Origin: Antedon mediterranea
Taxonomy: Eukaryota; Animalia; Echinodermata
Reading direction: 5' to 3'
Assembly: GCF_964355755.1 (NCBI RefSeq)
Contig: NC_092677.1
Coordinates: forward strand, 6,904,101 to 6,968,100
DNA: 64,000 bases
Shown piece by piece: positions 52,343-64,000 of this stretch. Under the pieces are notes generated by a model. The model saw nothing but the letters and a program-made list of their open reading frames with translations. It was not told the DNA's origin and did not search any database. The translations under genes were made by a program, and so were the position numbers. How positions within the stretch are numbered: the first letter of the stretch is position 1; each line of letters starts with the position of its first letter.

Positions 52343-52590
52343 AAAAAAAAAAATGATGGTGTGCTCCCTTGCCTCTAGCACGGTAAGGCTCTCTCACAGC
52401 CTTGGGGGTACCACACATCAGATGCTTTGATGTTATTGCCTCATGATGTGTGGTGGAAAGGGGGACGTTTAAATCTGTGAACCCCAAACACAGAAGCTCG
52501 CATAGCTTTAACTCTTTTCCACCGACCGGCATGGGTTTGAACCCACGATAATCGTGTTCCACGACGCTCTACCGACTGAGCTATCCGGCC
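52343..52590 (-). ncRNA. Putative Pol III tRNA-mimic plus structured RNA, copy C
   Basis: Same sequence as copies A and B. Confidence 0.6.
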
Positions 52591-52738
52591 CTCTGATTTA
52601 TAGCAAGGTTAAAACTAGATTAGTTTCCTCAAATTACGTCATGAATATGCAAATTTATGACGTAACGATTAGATTGACGTAATATGAAGCGCGTAGATTA
52701 CACTATTGTCACCTTTCATTACTCGTGTACATTGTGTG

Positions 52739-52833
52739 GCATAACGGGTAGTGGTCTAGTAGCTATCGTTTGAGTTCTCTCAGCTCTACTTATAGCTGGG
52801 GTTCGAATCTCTACGGGTTGCTTTTTTTTTTTT
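52739..52833 (+). ncRNA. Putative short Pol III RNA, copy C
   Basis: Same sequence as copies A and B. Confidence 0.5.
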
Positions 52834-53469
52834 AATACATATAAAATGTTTTTCTTTTATTTTGAAAGAGAGATATTTGGAGAGTTAAGGTAATTTAGGA
52901 TAGACAGGGGCTGGTCCTAGAGTCCATTTTTCCGGGCACTTACCAACTCTATTTTTCAAAATTATTAGCTCCACCCAACCATGGTGGGTTAGTCCTGTAT
53001 ATTTATAATTTCGTTTCATATTTTAATGTATACGTAATTTCCGGGCACATAGCAGTTCTATTTTTCAAAATTATTATTAGCTCCACCACAGCCAAACAAT
53101 AATTTCGTTTCATATATCAATGTATTCATGCAACTTTCTATTGACTATGTAGGATGCAACACAAGAACATAACGCAAACCAGTCAAGTAAAGCTTGGTTC
53201 CCACTATAGAACGCAACGCAAGGACGTAAACGCAACGCAAGCGTTTTAACCAATGACAAGAGAAGTTATAGACAGTTAGCAATCACAAGCGAATAAGCCA
53301 TGGCTTGTGATTGGTCAATTCACTTGCGTTGCGTTACGTCATTGTGTTGCGTCGCTAGTGGGAACCACGCTTCAGTTGGAATAAGCCTAGCTTTCGATTA
53401 GTCAATTCGCTTGCGTTGCGGCTTACGTCAGGATATAGCCGACCTCCATTTTTTTTAAAGTTAAATTGT

Positions 53470-54012
53470 ATTTATTTGGACCGTATTTAATGAGGGTGAT
53501 CCATCTAGCAATTGCTGATTTGGGACCCTCAGAACAGATACAATACACAAAATACAACAATAACAGAAAGTAAAAGAAAAACAAAAGCCTATAAATAAAA
53601 TTAATGACATGAGAATTAAAAATCTGAATAAAAAAAATTTTGAATATAGTAAATAACTGATATGTTAAATTAAGCAAAAATAATAAATATATATTAGCTC
53701 TAATATTTTACAATTTAAAGGCTGGAAAATTACACATAATTTGGAGAAAAGTCATAAGTATAGTTTTGAATGACTCGGAAAAGGATAATGAATTGCGGAT
53801 AGATAGAGAAGATCATAATGAGGGGCCTTGTAGCTGAAAGAGAGTTTGAACATTTCAGGAGAGGTTTAGAGAAGTGAAGATTTCCTTTGGAGCTTTGACG
53901 AGTATCATCATGGTCATTGTATTGTTTATCAAACAAAGAAAAACTTTATGGAAAAGACAAGTGGGATCAAGACATGACTGAATAGTATTTACCAGCAAAA
54001 ATGCTCCGGGTT
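53470..54012 (-). mobile_element. Degenerate 3' fragment of an L2/CR1-group LINE (truncated copies in units A and B)
   Basis: Remnant peptide HDDTRQSSKGNLHFSKP resembles the RT C-terminus. 3' stem-loop gagggt...accctc and an aaataaa end. The tandem-duplication breakpoint (53840) falls inside it. Confidence 0.6.
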
Positions 54013-54508
54013 GATCGAATTGTGTCATAGATGTGCGAAAGATTTTTAAGTGATAACATTTATAAAAAAAAACAACCAAAAAGTGGTAAGGGAGGGATGC
54101 AAAAGTTCAATACACATAAAAATGTTCAGGATAATCTTTAGTCGTTGTTTTAATCCTTAATTTCGTGGATATATATATATATATAATACAATGTAATAAA
54201 TTGGATTTTCAATACGTCATCGTCGATATATAATTTCTCACTAGTCAATGGCATCCGAAGAAAGTACAAAAAAACATCATTCAAAATGTATAACAATATT
54301 TATTTATCAAAATATGCATGTTAATCCAAATCAGAATATTTATAGAGGTCAACATAATATATACATCAAGCTAGCATTTAAACAGTTTAAAATATGAAAC
54401 ATCAAGTTAGCATTTATACAGTTTTAAATATGAACATTTGCATTTCCTATAGAATTATGATATTGCATTTTACCAATATATTACTATGTAGTTTAAAATG
54501 CTAGATAG

Positions 54509-57009
54509 CTAATCTGAACCATAGATAACCGCCAACGCTTCAGAAGGAAGGTAGAGAGGTTGATCTAAATCGCTCTCAGACGAAACGGAGCTGAGAGAAG
54601 AAGAACTGTAAGAGGACGACGGTGATATCGGTGACAGAGACGCGTTCTCAGATGTTGTGGTTGCGAAGTTAAACGGGTATGGGTGAACGTAGCCTTCTGC
54701 AGTTGTACTAGCTGGTGGAAACATCGGACGTTGGCCTCCAGTAGTGTAGTAGTCAGATGGATATTGGTACTGGAGAGAAGTAGGAGCGTAGTACTGGTGA
54801 TAGTCGTATGGTCTGGGTACATTCGACTGGAACATTGGATACTGAACTTGTGGTTGTTCCTGCAAGATAAAAAAAATCAACAAATTGGTTAATAGCTACT
54901 AACAATGAAAAAGACATGTTGATAGATAATTAATGTTGGAATTTAGTTTAAGGCATGTTAAGTTTGAGTATAAAACATGATAAGGCCTAAGGGTAGAGGA
55001 AGAAAACATTGCTAAGTTAAAATCAATCAATCAATCAATCAATAATTTTTATTTCTCAAATAAAAACAAAATACAGTTAACATTTTCTAAAAATAATAGA
55101 TAATAAATGAGAAAAAGGGGTACCCCACTGGAAGCTTAAGCTTTAAAATGTGGGATCCTGGCAACATTAATTAAAAATAATTAAAAATAAGGTAAAGTAA
55201 GAAATATATATAATATATGATAATGAACAAAAAAAGACATTTAACTTAACAAATGCAGTTATTATTTGACTTAAGACAGATATATGATCAACTTAAACAA
55301 TAATAGTAGAAACAAGGTATTCATGTAGTTTGAACTTAAATGAAGATATAAAATTAATAATTTTAATTTCATCTGGTAAAGAATTCCAAATTTTTGGTCC
55401 TTGAAAAGTTATATCATGCTTGCCAACCTCCGTATTAAAACAATCATAAGCATAATCAAATTTATTTCTGGTATTATAATTATGAACTGAACTAAAAGTT
55501 TGAAAGTAAGTATCAAAAATTCTGGGCAGTTGATTATGTTTGAATTTAAACATAAATAAAGCAACATTCTTTGTAAGTAAGTCGTAAATATTAAGTGTAT
55601 TAGATAAGACAAAAAGAGGAGCAGAATGGTGGAGGTAATGAACATTATAAACTGATCTTAAAGCTCTTTTTTGCAAAATGTAAATACGGTTTAAATTAAT
55701 TTTTGAAGTAAAACCTCAAACGGTTATACCATAAATTAAATGTGGCAAAAAGAGTGATTTATAAATTAATAGTAAAACGGAGGAAGGCAAGGCATGTTTA
55801 AGTTTATTGAGGACACCGACCACTCTTGATAGTTTTAATGAAATTGTATTAATATGAGAAATAAAAGATAAGTACTCGTCAATAAAAATGCCAAGAAATG
55901 TTGTTGCTTTAGTTCTTTCAATTTCGCTGATGCCGTAATATAATTTAGGAATGTTGGGGGGGATTAGTTTATTAACTGAACGAAAAATGATTGAAAATTT
56001 GATTTCTAAAAAAATGAATTCATTATTGAACATGAAAACATTTCGCTGTTAGTGTCAGTTGTAAGTAAGTTAAACAAGCATAAAACGTAATGAAACAGTA
56101 AAGAATAAAACGATAATTGAAAAATACCCATACCTTTGGATAATGTTGTAATTTACAGTCTTTTCCAGCTTCGGCATCGTGGTTATACATTGAGATGTCG
56201 ATATCTGCTGCTGGCACGTACAAATCTTCTAGCATTGCAAGATCGTCGATGTAGCATGGTTGAGCAGTGGTGTAGCGACCAGAATAGTAACAAGCACTGG
56301 CTGTAGAAGTGTACGGGTGGTAGCGATTCTGATGACGAAGTAGAGGAGCATAGAAGTGTTGGTCGTAGTAAGTGCCGTAATAGGCTTCTGAAGACGTCGG
56401 TGGTCGTTGGTAGTTGGTGTACGGTGATCGATCATCTGAAGTTGCACTACACGGTTCGTCGGAAGCAGTATCTCTAGGTATAGGTGATCTAGGTTTGTTG
56501 ATAACCAGATTTAGAATGTTCTTATTGTAATTATTGTCCATGTTATGCTTTGATGTAGCAAGAATCCGTTGACAAGCAGCCTCGTTTTCATTATTACTTT
56601 TACAATGTCCACATTTGTCATTCATTGTCCAATAGTTGTCTTTGCCATATGGTCTAGTTGGGTCACGTAGAATCTTAGTGAAGCACTCACTAGCAGATAA
56701 GTTGTGTCTTACACTGTTCTTCCATCCAACGTATTTGCCACGGAAACAAGCAAACTGGTCGTACATAAAGTTGATGATTTCACGCAGAGTTAGTTGACCT
56801 GAAGGTGAAGAATTGATGGCCATACGGATCATCTCCATGTAAGAATGTGGAGGTTTGATGCGTCGTTTGTAGTCTGGTCGTTGTCTTCCCTTGGTTGATC
56901 GTCGGCATGTCGTCGATGATTCTGAAGTAGCAGAACTAACAGATGTAGGTGACAATCTTTCAGAATAAACACCGTCATAAAACACTGGTGAAACTTCTTG
57001 ATCACACAT
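54509..57009 (-). CDS. Forkhead-box transcription factor, divergent FoxQ1-like (408 aa, 2 exons)
   Basis: Exons 57009-56134 (donor aag|gtatgg) and 54859-54509 (acceptor ttgcag|gaa), phase 0. The forkhead domain YKRRIKPPHSYMEMIRMAI...FRGKYVGWKNSVRHNLSASECFTKILRDPTRPYGKDNYW carries the FoxQ1-diagnostic wing-1 pattern LRDPxRPxGKDNYW. Tyr/Pro/Ser-rich C-terminus. Confidence 0.88.
55020..56040 (-). mobile_element. 5'-truncated L2/CR1-group LINE in the Fox gene intron
   Basis: RT C-terminal peptides IERTKATTFLGIFIDEYLSF..HI, IYKSLFLPHLIYGITV*, LQKRALR...HSAPLF, HNYNTRN, GPKIWNSLPDEIK with an in-frame stop where Trp is expected. 3' stem-loop and an (attg)n tail at 55020-55042. Confidence 0.9.
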
Positions 57010-57112
57010 GATGCAAGATCAAAGAATACTCGTAATAGCTTATGAAAATATTTATTAGAACAGTACTGAACAAACTCGATGAACGATATGATGCTATTGG
57101 AAAAAGTTTGTG

Positions 57113-57310
57113 TATTTATATCCCTGCTGCTCGTGTCACTGTGTTGATAGGTCACTCAAAACTCTCCCAAGTGTTACGTAATGATGTGTAAAACAAAAGA
57201 AACAATAGCGCGTCGGTGACTTTAGCGTCTCGACGCCGGCGGCGGGGAGTGTTATCGTAAAGGGGAGATAACAGAGTGGGCGGTCGGTCTCAAAGCAAAC
57301 ACCAATCACA
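57113..57310 (-). promoter_or_regulatory. Putative Fox gene core promoter
   Basis: TATAAATA on the minus strand at 57120-57113, about 105 bp upstream of the ATG. GC-rich gacgccggcggcgg (57232-57245), a GATA site at about 57266 and CCAAT at about 57302. Confidence 0.5.
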
Positions 57311-60300
57311 GTTTGAGTTTGATTCCCCGCTTCTTGCGTTTCAGGCTTCTTGTGTACAGTTTCATGAAACTTTATTTTTATTGTTGGCGTACTTTTCATT
57401 TATTTTATCTTTCTAGCTAAAGTAAATATTTGATGACGTAACATGCTACATCGAAAATGCAGTATCAAATTCTTAGTCCTTCCATGGAGAAATTAGACTT
57501 CCATGGTCTTAATTATCACAATGCAAAAAAACAATTCTCATAATATATGAATTATTTTAAGTATTTAGAACATTATGTCATGCAGTTATCTTTATATAAT
57601 TACCGTAATTTGTAGGCCTATAGAACCAAATTTGATTTATCCCAAATAAACAATTCTGTACATTATACTCTGAATATTAAAGTACAATAACCATAGAATG
57701 AATAGGGCCTACTTCAGCTTTTTATTTCCGACTCAAATTAGTCTCTGAAATGAAAGTATGTATATCATAATTTCCAAACTTATTTTTAGTTAAAATTGTT
57801 TTTATCTCAGTCTTAACCTACATTTGGATGAAACAACAAAAATGTAATCAGAATGAAATAATAAAACAGACTTTGCCTATTATTGTAAATCTGTAAGTAT
57901 CTTAAAATGTATCAAACGATAGTGACATCATTTTCATAATAGTAATAAAAATATTATTATTTATTCACAAACACAAATAAATTTTTTTTCAAAACAAATA
58001 AAAACACATAATTATTTATGGTATACAGAATATAAAAACTACTGTAAGTAATTTTCATTCCCTATTTCCAGATACTTTTAAATATAAAATCTGCTTTAAA
58101 TACAGTATTAGAACCCTATTAAGGGGTACCATATTTTGGCACCCTCAAAAGTGTCCCCTAAATAGGGGTGTTCCAAAGGAAGTACAATAGTATATTTGTA
58201 ACCAGATGGTCAACTAATATACATTTGATATGATAATACTGTAGTATGAAACAAACTCTGAAAAAGTGAGATAAGACATTATGATTCAATATTTCGAACT
58301 TTGTACATTTTTGCATTTACTGTAAAAATGTTATTTGCGAGGCCCTGGTTCTGATCATAGAAGCGTTCATAATAAGTGTATTGACGTTAATTTAGTACTA
58401 TTCTGCTATCGGAAATGGCGATAGCAACTTATCAAAATCAAATACACCGCCATATCTTATATCAATTACCAATAGGATGTCTAGGAATTGTCTCAACTTT
58501 ATCCATTGTGAAACCATTTATAGAGTTTGTCATGATATGTAATGTAAATAATTGATATGTATTTATTAGAATTTTCTCATATGTTTGTAGTTTTTCCAGC
58601 AAGGGTTTAGAGAATTTTTATTTTGATCATCGGGACGTGCGTTCTTATAAAAATCATGAAAAGAAAACTAATACAATGAAAGTCTTTTGTTTTCATGGCA
58701 GCAAACAAGACCGAAATGTTATTTCATTTTAAACTTCAATCAGACTCAAACACAAAGCTTTTGGGTGTTGAATAGAAACGAATTCAGGGCTTTTTGAAAC
58801 CAGTGAGTTCATCAAAATAAACAGCCGCACGTTATGGGAACTCCCAAGCACGCCCAAGATGACAAAGTCAAGCTTTGGAAGAAAAACAATAATTTGAAAC
58901 ACATTATCAAACTACAGTAATACAAATTATAATTACTATAGTTAAATTTAGTTTAAATTAATTAAATTAATTCCTCCATGGTTGTTAAAAATTTGTAATA
59001 ATATACAGGTCGAATAATTCCAAAGAAATGTTTTATCTTAACAAATAAGTATTTGTGACCAGTATTCTACAAACATGATAAATAAAAAGTGTTTGTTCGT
59101 AGTGGCCTAATAAATAAAAAAAGCACGCACCCAAAAGTTTTTCATATAGGCATAGACATGGAAAATGGTTTACCGAACAAAAATAAGGATCAGGTTTTGT
59201 GTTTATTTATTTTTTTTTAATAATAAAAAATGATCAATAGTTTTTTGTTTGCGTTGAAGCCTATAATAAAACAAAAACAAACCCCCGGATAGGCCTACTT
59301 GAACGCACCTTTATCATCAAAGTGTGCCCTTGCCAAAGTTTAAGTTTCCAATAAATTATTATTATTAAATAAATGATTTGAGTGAAACGTTTTGGCATGA
59401 CCATAAAACTTATATAACATGATAAAATAAGTAATATTGATTAGTATGAGTAATACCAGTCATTGACCTTACTAAAACAGTAAGCTATCATGATAAATAA
59501 TGCAACCTAAACCGAAAACTAGAAAATAATCAGGAGGAATTTCACGCCCAAATGCGTTTATGTAGGAGCTATCCATGTTGTACAACTCCTTATTTACACA
59601 TTCAATTAGGACTTATCTTCCGAGAAGCCACATGGGCGAACATGTAGAATACAAAATTGGCCTACAGCTTTTAAACATTTAATATGCACTGTTTCATTTT
59701 TTCGACTACATAATATAACAAAAGGTAGAACTCTTGGAAAAGAATACTTTTAGGCCTAAACATGTAAGAAAAGAAACAAAGCTACAACAGAGGTAACTAT
59801 ATGGAGGAAATATGGAGTTTTTTCATAATGTTCGTATAAAGATAAAGTTAATAATTATTAATCGATCGCAATGCACATTTAATTTATATGTATTTATCAG
59901 AATTTATCCCTCTTTTTCTCTTTTTTTTTTTGGCCTGAAATCTTCACAATGTTCCTTCTTTCTATAAATTTTATGTTATAACTTTATTTGAAGACTGAAA
60001 ATAATCTAAAAATTACAAAATAAAGCAAAGTAAACAATACATACAAATAATAAAACAAGTGAAAATATTAAAACGTCATTTTTATTATGTATGTGAACAG
60101 ACGTTAGAATATTACAATGTATTATATTTTAAAAACTACACTGTAAATGCTTTTCTTCATTTATTTTGTTTGTAAATAATTAGCTTGTCTATTTTTTCTA
60201 TTTGGGTTTCTAACATCATAATAATCTCTATGCTATCATACAACCCTCATGGTTTCCTGAGACCCCATTTCATCATTTTCTTAAAACATTGTACATTATA

Positions 60301-62812
60301 ATCATTTTAATTGTGATTTTATGAATAAATGTATTTGTATTAAAGTCTCCATTATTCGACCTTTTCTTGGGAAAATATGTTGGATCATGTCCTCCATGGT
60401 TGGATGTACAGACAGATGCGTGCAATTCTAGACATTATTGACTTTATTTTCCATGTGTATCTAAAAGCAAACAAGAAAAATGAGTGACATTCGCTAATCG
60501 CATTAACTTTTATGTGTTACGTAGGTCCAGGCACCTGTGTTAATTGGTTGGTGTCGAACGACCAATTCACAGTACAGTAGGCCTATCAATACAGTTTACA
60601 GGGAATAGTGAGCAGCACAGACAGAGGACAGAGTTCTGGGAAATTAAATAATAATTTATTAAATTAATAATTTCCATATTTAAATGTTTTTTTTTTCAAG
60701 ACATCTGATAATAATTATGAATCATTAAGATAGTGTTTTTGATAGATACTAATTTATATAAATAATAGTAATAGGTAGGTATTACGTAATTATTCATTTA
60801 GAAATACAGTTAGCAATACAAATGGATGCTTTATTTATATTAAAGTTCGAATAATTGAATAGTGTATGTATAATGTACATCAACTCAAATGTCTTATGTA
60901 TGGATGTCCTGTATATTTTCTACCTTTATTTTTCAATTAAATTTAACTTTGTATATTTATCACTTTTTATACTATTTATTACGTTCATTTTTACTTTGAA
61001 CAAGCAGACTATGTAGGCCTACTACTACCTACTACTTAAAAGATACACAATAAGGGAATATAGATGTGACGTAAGAATCCTAAAATCTTAATGTGGTAAC
61101 GATATTGAGGAAGATGAATCTAGAGTTGACACATTTTTAAGATATTGTAACTGTCTGCTTTCTCTATCATTACACTGTCAGTAAAAATATGCCTAATGTC
61201 ACAAGAACACGGAAGAAATGTTACTCCGTGCAAAGACAGACCATTTTGACAAAAATGCAAATAATAATGTATTTATTTATAGCGCACTAAATCCTATATT
61301 ATGTTCAAATGACGCTTTCACATCATTACCCCGGTTGCTTAAGTGGTTAAAGCAAAGTAATATAAACATGGGATTAGGTCTGGGTTGAATAATTTATTAA
61401 TATTTGTTCAAATTAATTTATTTTCATACAAAAATGATGGTATGGTAGACTACATGTAGGCCTATTAATTGTGCTGTTAAATGTTCGTATTATTTTCTTT
61501 TAAGATAACAACAATTTTATAGAAACGTAATATTTGTTGTGTTTAGATTTTGTTATTAAATTTAAATTACTATTAAGCCTATAACATGGCCTGCAGCATT
61601 TATTTTTAACTTCACTGGGAGTTGCCTCAAACGTGTCGGCTGTTTACTATGAGGAATGTAGGGTGTTCTAAAGAATTCTATAGCTATTGACCCCCTGTCT
61701 ATTGTTCGCCCATTTTCTTTAGAAATTGTATGCCGTTTGTAGAAATGAAGTTTATGCCGAAAAAAGCGTCTTTTGTTTGAATGAAAATTGGGAGGAGAGC
61801 AGACACTAAGAAAGCGCGCTTTTATTGGTCCGTCATCTTCTATACATGCGCTTTGATTTTTTTTAAATGAATGTCTACATTAGTAATAGTATAGGCCTAT
61901 GTCAACCTAAATTATTCATTACCGAATATTCTTCACGTACCCGTTTCCTCCGTTTCTTTTTCTTAAATAGTCGTGTAGTAGGCCTACACTTGTACAAATG
62001 ATTTACTTTTCTCACAACATACTAGAATAACTTGTATGGCACAAATAGTAATTACTTTTATAAAAGCCAAGCCTCTTGATCGTATCGTATTCATTTTACT
62101 ATTTTAAAATGTTTTTTTTAAAACAATTATAGCTTGACTTCCAGAACCTCCAGATTGTCCCCCTGAAAAATAATGTTACACAATCATTAAAAATGTATTT
62201 ACCTTTCAAAAAAAAGTATTTAAAGCGATAAATTGGCTGCCATTTCGTCATGTTATTGTTATAAGTGAAAACATTTTATTTCGGGTTTTGTTAGTAGTAG
62301 TTTTTATAGTAAACAAACAAATCAAAGTTTCTTTGCGCATGATTGCTGTATTGCAAATAGGCCTACCAGTACAATCGACTTATTATTTAAGACAGATTAC
62401 TGAACACTTTGTCTGACTATTTTAATTGAATAATAGGCCGACAATTATTGTTTGATCTTTCTTTCTCTTGGAGGTAAAACACACATTTATTCAGCTAATA
62501 GTAAATAAAACAATAAGTGCAAAGACAAATTACTGAATACATGTTGGGTAGTGGAGATACAAATAAAAGTAATAATCATAAATAAAATCCACTATAATAC
62601 TAATAATAATGCTTTATAGATATTCAAATATAATTAATACGAATTATAGGTCTATACACCTTTTTTTATTATTAAAATCCCCCTGTTTAAATTATAAAAG
62701 GATCCAAGCGGAAACTAAAATCCTATAAGCCTATCCTGGAAACTAAAATTCTTTTATAAATGTATTTATTTGAAATCTGTGTTTGTATGTGTTTCTTATA
62801 ATTATTTTCCTA

Positions 62813-63070
62813 ATGAATTTAAATCAAATATGGGGAAAACTGAAAGATCTCACTGTTTGAGTATGAATTTAAATCAAATATGGGGAAAACTGAAAGATCT
62901 CACTGTTTGAGTATGAATTTAAATCAAATATGGGGAAAACTGAAAGATCTCACTGTTTGAGTATGAATTTAAATCAAATATGGGGAAAACTGAAAGATCT
63001 CACTGTTTGAGTATGAATTTAAATCAAATATGGGGAAAACTGAAAGATCTCACTGTTTGAGTATGAATTT
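62813..63070. repeat. Minisatellite, 50-bp unit x 5 perfect copies plus a partial copy
   Basis: atgaatttaaatcaaatatggggaaaactgaaagatctcactgtttgagt repeated head-to-tail without spacers. Confidence 0.97.
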
Positions 63071-64000
63071 TAGACTTAGTAGGCCTAGAGTTTGCATGCC
63101 CTTGTGCTGTTTTTTTTTCATATTTCTATTTATTTATATACTGTTTTGTAACAGGGGTTTCTACTTATAAGCTGTGCTTCAAAGATGCACCTTTTGTTTT
63201 GTAATGATTTTTTTGGTGTGTTTATGAATGGAAATAAACAAACAAACAATAATAACTCTTCCTTAGCATACAGGAAAATGTGTATTTTAAATGTATTTAT
63301 CATACTTTTGATGAAATATGCCTAATTACTGTTTAAACGTTATGTTTGATTGAATCCCGTTTACTCATGGGGGTATATGGTTTGATTGTTAGTTGAATAG
63401 CACTGCGGAACCGTAAATAATCAAATATCTAGTCTCTGTACTTCCTAAACACTTTGATGATTTTGAATTTACCGACCAAATTGATGGGTTACAAACCACG
63501 ATAGATACAATTGATAGATATGATATTATTCAGGCTGATATGTAGTATGAAATCAGTTAGCTGTATAATGCGTACATCCTATGCGTTCTGGTGTCTTTGA
63601 GTGTCGGCAAACACTTGATAATGTTATGAAAGGCCTTATCATTACACGAACTGTCAGTAAAAAATATGCCTAATGTGTTACAAAGACAACAGAAGAAACG
63701 ATTTCCTCCATGCAAAGACAGACCAGTGGCATTAATAATAATAATAATAAATAAATAATAATGTATTAATTTTTGTGGCAAAAATTCCATAAATATGTTC
63801 AAGTGGTTATTTTGCAGCCAGTAGGGCCTAATCGGTAGAGTTGTTATTTTAACCAGGCTATTCAATTCTACATCTGAGTGGAAAGAGGCAAATTATTACT
63901 AATTGAATAATTAAATAAATACATTTAGTTATTTACAAAGCTAGAATTCTATTGATAATAATTTATTTGAAATATTATGGAAGCTTTGGGAGGTGGCAGA

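Larger units (their letters stand above)
46288..53840. repeat. Tandem triplication of a roughly 2-kb unit (A 46288-48259, B 48260-51826, C 51827-53840)
   Basis: Each unit starts ccacagtgtggcgtgttgaccgc. Both junctions read gctgaaag-tgtgg-ccacagtg. B is 1548 bp longer because of a Helitron insertion. Repeated ORFs in the track recur at offsets of about 1970 and 3567. Confidence 0.95.

Noticed and set aside
56023-56133. C-terminus VWVFFNYRF... of the 328-aa ORF, or a Fox-RT fusion
   Set aside because: It is read-through past a good splice donor. The adjacent RT fragments belong to a broken intronic LINE.
56134-57009. Assignment of the forkhead gene to FoxH1
   Set aside because: Wing 1 (LRDPTRPYGKDNYW) fits FoxQ1 better than FoxH1 (KDPxKPxAKGNFW), and no PPNKS Smad-interaction motif is present.
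58833-58840. Su(H)/CSL-like site TATGGGAA and scattered forkhead-like sites upstream of the Fox gene
   Set aside because: Single short matches in AT-rich DNA, not distinguishable from chance without conservation data.
62813-63070. CRISPR-like array
   Set aside because: Units are contiguous and identical with no unique spacers, the context is eukaryotic, and there are no cas genes.

Overview
AT-rich eukaryotic (animal) genomic DNA with spliceosomal introns. Gene and repeat content suggest an invertebrate deuterostome, probably an echinoderm (inference). Six protein-coding genes were reconstructed by hand from GT-AG splice sites with consistent phases: CNOT10 (-, runs off the left edge), TRIQK (+), a type II membrane-anchored ML (MD-2/NPC2-like) lipid-binding protein (-), ACSF3 (+), ZNRF1/2 (-, 13.4-kb first intron) and a divergent FoxQ1-like forkhead gene (-). 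Introns and intergenic DNA hold many non-autonomous transposons: Helitron/Helentron, Harbinger- and Kolobok-like MITEs, a nested TIR-in-TIR element, a Deu/Nin-type SINE and L2/CR1 fragments. The most unusual region is 45.8-53.8 kb, a roughly 2-kb tandem triplication. Each unit carries two head-to-head RNA polymerase III-type units around a near-perfect CRE-octamer-CRE palindrome. One unit is a tRNA mimic with a 3-nt anticodon loop fused to a compact four-domain structured RNA. The other is a roughly 90-nt A-box/B-box panhandle RNA. This 468-bp cassette is identical between copies whose flanks have diverged.
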